The notes beneath the pieces are model-generated. The model saw only the letters and a list, made by a program, of their open reading frames with translations, had not been told where the DNA came from and ran no database searches. Shown here piece after piece: positions 27,264 through 32,000 of a stretch of DNA of 32,000 bases. The position numbers were made by a program, and so were the translations under genes. Numbering within the stretch: position 1 is the stretch's first letter; each line of letters starts with the position of its first letter. This DNA is from Promethearchaeota archaeon (GTDB taxonomy: Archaea; Asgardarchaeota; Lokiarchaeia; Sigyniarchaeales; Promethearchaeaceae): NCBI GenBank assembly GCA_016933055.1, contig JAFGBS010000004.1, forward strand, positions 210,001 through 242,000, written 5' to 3'.

Positions 27264-27383
27264 CCAGAATTGTCTTTGTCTTATCTTTTACATTTTACTT
27301 CAAAAATCATCAAACCGATAAATGATTCACATTTTCGTAATGATCTAAAGGTAGAGATAAAATAGGGGTAGATTTCATTCGTG

Positions 27384-27645
27384 GGCAATATTACCCATTC
27401 TATGAACTGTTCTGGTGGTCAGTTCCGACTTTATAACTTTTCACAATCGTAATTATTATATAGTCGGTTGATCGTAATGTATGTTGCCAATAAATCTTTA
27501 TGAAGTTGTTAATAGATCTATAGCATGAGCAACTTCAGATGGGTATTACTAAGGGTCTATTTATGGTGCTTTATATGCTCCAAAGATCTCGAAAAATACC
27601 ACCTAATTATCATGAACGGAAATCCAGGTTGGATTTTTGGAGCAT
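27384..27645 (+). ncRNA. Candidate structured RNA or long leader upstream of tfb (unassigned)
   Basis: Six stems found by eye, including a 15-bp stem (27575-27589/27631-27645) and a 10-bp stem (27501-27510/27528-27537); no convincing ORF. Confidence 0.3.
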
Positions 27646-27706
27646 GCAATTGATATAAGATGTAAAGGTAATTATTGAAAGCTAAAAATAGGTCGAAAAC
27701 AGAAAA

Positions 27707-28624
27707 ATGATTAATCCATACACCAATTATGACGACGAAATGGGTGAAGACGGCGAACCAACCAAGTGTTGCGACAATCCGGACATCGGCGTTTCGGGAG
27801 ACGGTCTTAATGTATGCAGAAATTGCGGGCTCACATTCGGACAATCCTTCGTGAGTCAAGAACGTAGAGCATACACTGCTGAGGAAGTGAAACAAAGACG
27901 CCGAACCGAACCACGTTTGAGAAGTTATGGTCCTCGTACCGTGATTTCAATCGTGAAAACCGATGCCAAAGGGCGACAACTTGCAGCCAAAAAACAAGCT
28001 TTATTCGCTCGATTGAGTAAAATTCAAGGTTCTCTCATTAATAGTATCGAACGGAATTATTGGGAAGCAAAGCCGAAACTTAAGGCACTTGCAACTAAAC
28101 TAAATGTTCCGGATTATATTATTGAGACTGCATGGAAAATCTATTCAGAAGTAGCAAAGCAAAAATTAACAATGGGACGTTCCATTGAGGCTTTTGTTTG
28201 TGCATCATTGTATGCATCCATTCGAATTCATGATTTTCCACGATTACTCGAAGAACTCACCGAGGTAGCTATGGTTCAACTCCGAAGTGTTCATCGCTCA
28301 TTGGGTCTTATTGTGAGAAGTGTACTTCCAGTCTTGGGACTGAAATATCGTCCTATCTCACCAGAACCATTGATCTTTCGATTCGGAAACGAACTCAGTC
28401 TCAGCATCAAGGTGCAAAAAGAAGCTGCAAATCTGTTACGGGCTGCATGTCGAACAGGGTTGAAAGTCATGGGAAAAGATCCCAAAGGTCTTGCAGCAGC
28501 TGCGTTATATATGGCTGCAAAGTCTACACCAGAGAGAAAAACCCAGACCCAGATTGCAGATATCGCTAAAGTTACTGAAGTTACTTTGCGAACGCGAGCT
28601 AAACAAATTAAAGAGCATTTGTAA
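27707..28624 (+). CDS. tfb: Transcription initiation factor IIB
   Basis: N-terminal zinc ribbon (CC...CRNCG), B-reader ERRAYT...RRRTE, two cyclin repeats (GRSIE, GKDPKGLAAAALY), C-terminal VTEVTLRTR. Confidence 0.96.
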   Translation: MINPYTNYDDEMGEDGEPTKCCDNPDIGVSGDGLNVCRNCGLTFGQSFVSQERRAYTAEEVKQRRRTEPRLRSYGPRTVISIVKTDAKGRQLAAKKQALFARLSKIQGSLINSIERNYWEAKPKLKALATKLNVPDYIIETAWKIYSEVAKQKLTMGRSIEAFVCASLYASIRIHDFPRLLEELTEVAMVQLRSVHRSLGLIVRSVLPVLGLKYRPISPEPLIFRFGNELSLSIKVQKEAANLLRAACRTGLKVMGKDPKGLAAAALYMAAKSTPERKTQTQIADIAKVTEVTLRTRAKQIKEHL

Positions 28625-28630
28625 AACCCA

Positions 28631-28690
28631 TTTCTTTTTTTAAACTAACTTTTTATTTCTAAAATTCACACTTTTTCTTTCTTATTTAGA
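28631..28690 (+). terminator. T-rich tract after tfb, candidate terminator
   Basis: Multiple oligo-T runs immediately after the tfb stop, in the gap convergent with rtcB. Confidence 0.4.
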
Positions 28691-28747
28691 ATTTTCTTTA
28701 TGATACGAGAAAATTAAAAAGAGTGAACAAAAGTTAAATGTCGGCAA

Positions 28748-30220
28748 TTATCCTTTAGCAACTGCTAAAGGAACTAACCTTACAACTTTTTTCACAATTC
28801 CGAGGTCATGAGACACCTGTACCACTTGATCTATGTCTTTATAGGCGTCTGGTGCTTCAGCTGCAATGACTTTATCCGAAGCAGCTTTTATAGAAATCCC
28901 CATCTTATTTAGTTCCTTCCGTACTTCACTTCCCCAATGCTTCTTCATAGCTTTCGTACGGGAAAGTTCTCTACCTGAGCCATGTGCGGAAGATCCGAAG
29001 GAAATTTCCATTGATTTAGGTTGTCCCACGCATAAATACGATGCAGTCCCCATACTTCCTGGGATCAGAACGGGTTGTCCTACGGATTTATATTTTTCCG
29101 CAACATCAGGGTGATTTGGTGGAAATGCTCTTGTAGCACCTTTCCTATGTACGTTTAATTTCATTCGTTTTCCATCTACATCATGTTCCTCTTTTTTCAA
29201 AATATTATGACAGATATCATAAATTAGATGCATATCCATGTCTTCTGGGTCTTTTTCAAATACCTTTCTAAATGATTCGCGTACCCAATGAGTAATCATC
29301 TGTCGATTCGACCAAGCAAAATTCGCTGCAGCACCCATTCGTATAAAATAGTCTTCAGCTTCTTTCATATTTCCCATTACACAAGCTAATTGACGATCGG
29401 GAATACGTATATTGTACTTTTTTATTGCATATTCCATCTCTGTAAGGGAATCTTGACAAATCTGATGGCCCATCGCTCGTGAACCCGTATGAACCATTAC
29501 TGTAACTTGCCCTTCATTATGGATCCCGAATACTTTCGCAATCTGTGGTTCAAAAATCTGTTCTACTTTTTGCACTTCCACAAAATGATTTCCACTTCCT
29601 AAGGATCCAATTTGAGTTATGCCTCTACTTTTTGCCTTCTTAGATACTAAATTGCTGTCAGCTCCTTGCATTGCACCATTTTCTTCGCAATATATTTTGT
29701 CTTCTTCCCATCCATATCCATTTTGGATAGCCCAATCAACTCCAGTATTTAAAATTTTATCTAAATCCGAATGGGATACTCGTAATTGTCCTTGAGACCC
29801 AAGACCACTTGGTACCTCCTCAAATAATCGATTAATTAATTGTGGGATGGTAGCTATAATGTTTTTGGATTGTAAATTGGTTCGGATTAGACGAACTCCA
29901 CAATTTATATCATATCCTACACCTCCTGGACTAATAGCGCCTTCGAGTAAATCTGTACCTGCAACTCCACCAATACAAAACCCATATCCTTGATGAGCAT
30001 CACTCAAGGCGATAGCGTACTTTTTAATACCCGGGAGACACGCAACATTGCTAATTTGATCCAGAGTTTTATCTTGTTTGATCTTTCTGAGTAAAAATTC
30101 ATTAGCATATACTCTAGCAGGGACAAGCATATCGAATTTCTGTATATCATCATGAACTTTTACGACTTTGCTTTGCTTTGAGATCTCATAGATATTATCG
30201 TCAATTTTCTCAATTTGCAT
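28748..30220 (-). CDS. rtcB: RNA-splicing ligase RtcB
   Basis: DAHQGYGF, PGGVGYDINCG, GSGNHF, HTGSR, YDICHN, HRKGATR, PGSMG, AHGSGR, EAPDAYK. Confidence 0.98.
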   Translation of the reverse strand: MQIEKIDDNIYEISKQSKVVKVHDDIQKFDMLVPARVYANEFLLRKIKQDKTLDQISNVACLPGIKKYAIALSDAHQGYGFCIGGVAGTDLLEGAISPGGVGYDINCGVRLIRTNLQSKNIIATIPQLINRLFEEVPSGLGSQGQLRVSHSDLDKILNTGVDWAIQNGYGWEEDKIYCEENGAMQGADSNLVSKKAKSRGITQIGSLGSGNHFVEVQKVEQIFEPQIAKVFGIHNEGQVTVMVHTGSRAMGHQICQDSLTEMEYAIKKYNIRIPDRQLACVMGNMKEAEDYFIRMGAAANFAWSNRQMITHWVRESFRKVFEKDPEDMDMHLIYDICHNILKKEEHDVDGKRMKLNVHRKGATRAFPPNHPDVAEKYKSVGQPVLIPGSMGTASYLCVGQPKSMEISFGSSAHGSGRELSRTKAMKKHWGSEVRKELNKMGISIKAASDKVIAAEAPDAYKDIDQVVQVSHDLGIVKKVVRLVPLAVAKG

Positions 30221-30436
30221 TTTTTTTGCCTTTTTATGAATTTAATATTGCGATCAATCCATCGAATTTGAAAAATCTTCCCACTAAGTCTTATAGATTA
30301 CAATTTCCCAGAATTTTTATTGAAAGCGATGAGGATTTTTTTAGGAACAAAATACCTATTATAATTATACTAATAAAAATTGGAATAGAGTACATTTATA
30401 TCATCAAATTCCTATTGAAAATCCAAGTGAATCATA

Positions 30437-31150
30437 TTGATCCATTCTGTCTACGTCATCCATCAAGTTACTGGTATATGTGTCATCTATCGGAAATATG
30501 GCACTATTGAGTTCAACGAAGATTTGATTGCGGGATTTCTCACTGCCTTGGGTGATTTCTCAAAAGAGGTTACTCGAGGAAAAGGTAATCTCAAAATCCT
30601 TGATATGGTCGTTTATAACATTCATCTTGTGTTTAAAAATAGAATTTTGGTCGCAGCCGCCAGTGATAAGAAAGATTCAAAGGAAATTGCTCAAAATAAA
30701 TTAGAGATTATTCTCAATCAATTTATTGATCGATATCTTCATATATTTGAAGATTGGAAGGGAGATGTTCGAATTTTTGAAGAATTCGACGAATACATCG
30801 ATTATACACTCAGAAATGGGAAAGCTGCAGAAATACCGAGAACATTGCCATTATTACGCATATTCGATAAAGACTATAAAAAAGCACAAAAAGCTCTGAA
30901 AAAAGGAGCTACATTAGGAGAAGATATACTTGAAGAAAGCGTATCAGTCGAATGGAAAAATAAAAGATTACCGGAACAAGTAATTAAACAAGGAATGTTA
31001 ACGGAAAATGAATATAAAATCGCTCATTTATGCGATGGATCTAAGGATATCAATGAAATTGCAGAAGAAATTGGAATCACCTTTGAATCAGCGCAATTAG
31101 TGATCGATAAACTTGATCGTTTAGATATGATTAAACTTGTTAGATTGTAA
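30437..31150 (+). CDS. Longin-like domain protein with C-terminal winged helix
   Basis: N-terminus IHSVYVIHQVTGICVIYRKY...EDLIAGFLTAL..FSKE...LVAAASD fits the Asgard longin pattern; C-terminus LCDGSKDINEIAEEIGITFESAQLVIDKLDRLDMIKL is a wHTH pattern. Confidence 0.75.
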   Translation: MIHSVYVIHQVTGICVIYRKYGTIEFNEDLIAGFLTALGDFSKEVTRGKGNLKILDMVVYNIHLVFKNRILVAAASDKKDSKEIAQNKLEIILNQFIDRYLHIFEDWKGDVRIFEEFDEYIDYTLRNGKAAEIPRTLPLLRIFDKDYKKAQKALKKGATLGEDILEESVSVEWKNKRLPEQVIKQGMLTENEYKIAHLCDGSKDINEIAEEIGITFESAQLVIDKLDRLDMIKLVRL

Positions 31151-31189
31151 ATCTTCTTTCTCAATTTTTTAATTCAATAAAATCCATCC

Positions 31190-31633
31190 TTGTTTATGCC
31201 TAACTTTTATGAATTCAAAGAACACCCCGCAGACATTCAAGTACATGCGGTGGGGAATACTTTAGAAGAAGCTATCGAGCAGGTAGTTATTGGAATGATG
31301 GATATAATGACTTCAGTAGAGACAGTCGATACTAAAATCTCAAAACAGATTAAGGCATCTGCCCCTGATCTTGAAATGTTAGTTGTGGATTATCTCACCG
31401 AATACTTGTTTTTTTTTGACACTGAACAATTACTGTTTTCGAAAGTTAAGGTATCACCTATTGAATTCGATGAACATACTCAAACATACCAACTTAATTC
31501 TGTTTCAAATGGAGAGTCTTTTGATTCGAGCCGCCATGAAATGAAAACAGAGATAAAAGCAGTAACCTACTCATTTCTCGAAATTCAACAAAAAAAAGAA
31601 AAATCTGAAATTTGGATTATATTTGATTTGTGA
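31190..31633 (+). CDS. Archease (RtcB activation cofactor)
   Basis: EHPADIQVHAVGNTLEEA, EIKAVTYS, C-terminal IFDL. An alternative start is ATG 31196. Confidence 0.93.
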   Translation: MFMPNFYEFKEHPADIQVHAVGNTLEEAIEQVVIGMMDIMTSVETVDTKISKQIKASAPDLEMLVVDYLTEYLFFFDTEQLLFSKVKVSPIEFDEHTQTYQLNSVSNGESFDSSRHEMKTEIKAVTYSFLEIQQKKEKSEIWIIFDL

Positions 31634-31639
31634 GGAACA

Positions 31640-31999
31640 TTATTCCATGGGTTTCGTAACAGCCTTTAAGTTTTCCCACATTGCATTTACTTCGTCGCGT
31701 TCTTTCTCAAGTTGTTCGCCCTTCTTTTGGAGATCCTTTTTCTTTCGATTGTATTCCCGTTCCAAATCTTTAAGTTTCATTTCCGTGGATGCAATTTTTT
31801 CTGCAGCAACCATTTTATTTTTTGCAGCTTCGATCTTTAAACCAGCATCTACTACTTTACGACGTATTTTGGCTATGTCTACCATGATATCTGCATATTC
31901 CATTCGTTTTTCTAATAACGACTTCTTTTGGATAGCTAAATCTTTCAACTTATCGTAATATTTTTCTTTTATATCAATTGCACTATCCAAATGACGGAC
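31640..31999 (-). CDS. Coiled-coil hypothetical protein, probably 5'-truncated by the window edge
   Basis: K/E-rich heptad-like sequence. The TTG start at 31990 is preceded by open codons (GTC CGT CAT) up to the window end. Confidence 0.6.
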   Translation of the reverse strand, partial: VRHLDSAIDIKEKYYDKLKDLAIQKKSLLEKRMEYADIMVDIAKIRRKVVDAGLKIEAAKNKMVAAEKIASTEMKLKDLEREYNRKKKDLQKKGEQLEKERDEVNAMWENLKAVTKPME

Positions 32000-32000
32000 A

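Noticed and set aside
27364-27425. TPP riboswitch-like words (GGGGT...TACCC...GAACTG.TCTGG)
   Set aside because: The essential CUGAGA and GCGUAGGGA segments are missing, and the downstream gene is tfb.
27500-27540. SECIS-like hairpin starting with AUGA
   Set aside because: The UGA pairs Watson-Crick with UCA, the 3' GA is out of register for the kink-turn core, and no in-frame UGA selenoprotein was seen nearby.
26955-27706. RNase P or SRP RNA in the long intergenic gap
   Set aside because: No GAGGAAAGUCC or GCCAGGCCCGGAAGGGAGCA-type conserved elements on either strand, and the region is not GC-enriched like the tRNAs.
1085-31958. Remaining short ORFs nested in or antisense to assigned genes (for example 1085-1279, 4441-4758, 10458-10718, 15509-15718, 18298-19161, 27557-27895, 28866-29114, 30178-30510, 31623-31958)
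   Set aside because: They overlap well-supported genes or regulatory gaps and show no recognisable motifs.
1-32000. CRISPR array, IS element, integrase or tRNA-anchored island
   Set aside because: No regularly spaced repeats, transposase or integrase motifs, or duplicated tRNA 3' ends were found by eye.

Overview
AT-rich archaeal chromosomal segment, most likely from an Asgard archaeon (Lokiarchaeia-like). The evidence is PolD subunits, Orc1/Cdc6, TFB, RtcB and archease, tRNA introns with bulge-helix-bulge (BHB) junctions, and two eukaryotic-signature-type genes: a Roadblock/Rab-like GTPase fusion and a longin/winged-helix fusion. It is core genome: about 26 CDS and five single tRNA genes, all five on the minus strand, with no mobile element or CRISPR array seen. 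The most notable observations are: (i) two tRNAs, absent from the ORF track, with introns at non-canonical positions (Leu-GAG 30/31, Lys-CTT 59/60 in the T-loop); (ii) a minus-strand run tRNA-Lys(TTT) > radical SAM (CX5CX3C) > tRNA-Lys(CTT, intron) > Pol-beta-type nucleotidyltransferase; (iii) an NPRL2-like longin-wHTH gene between rtcB and a eukaryote-like archease; (iv) a strongly self-pairing non-coding region upstream of tfb; (v) head-to-head PolD genes, each followed by an uncharacterised or signalling gene; (vi) an ORB-like inverted repeat before cdc6. All assignments come from manual motif reading; no searches or folding programs were run.
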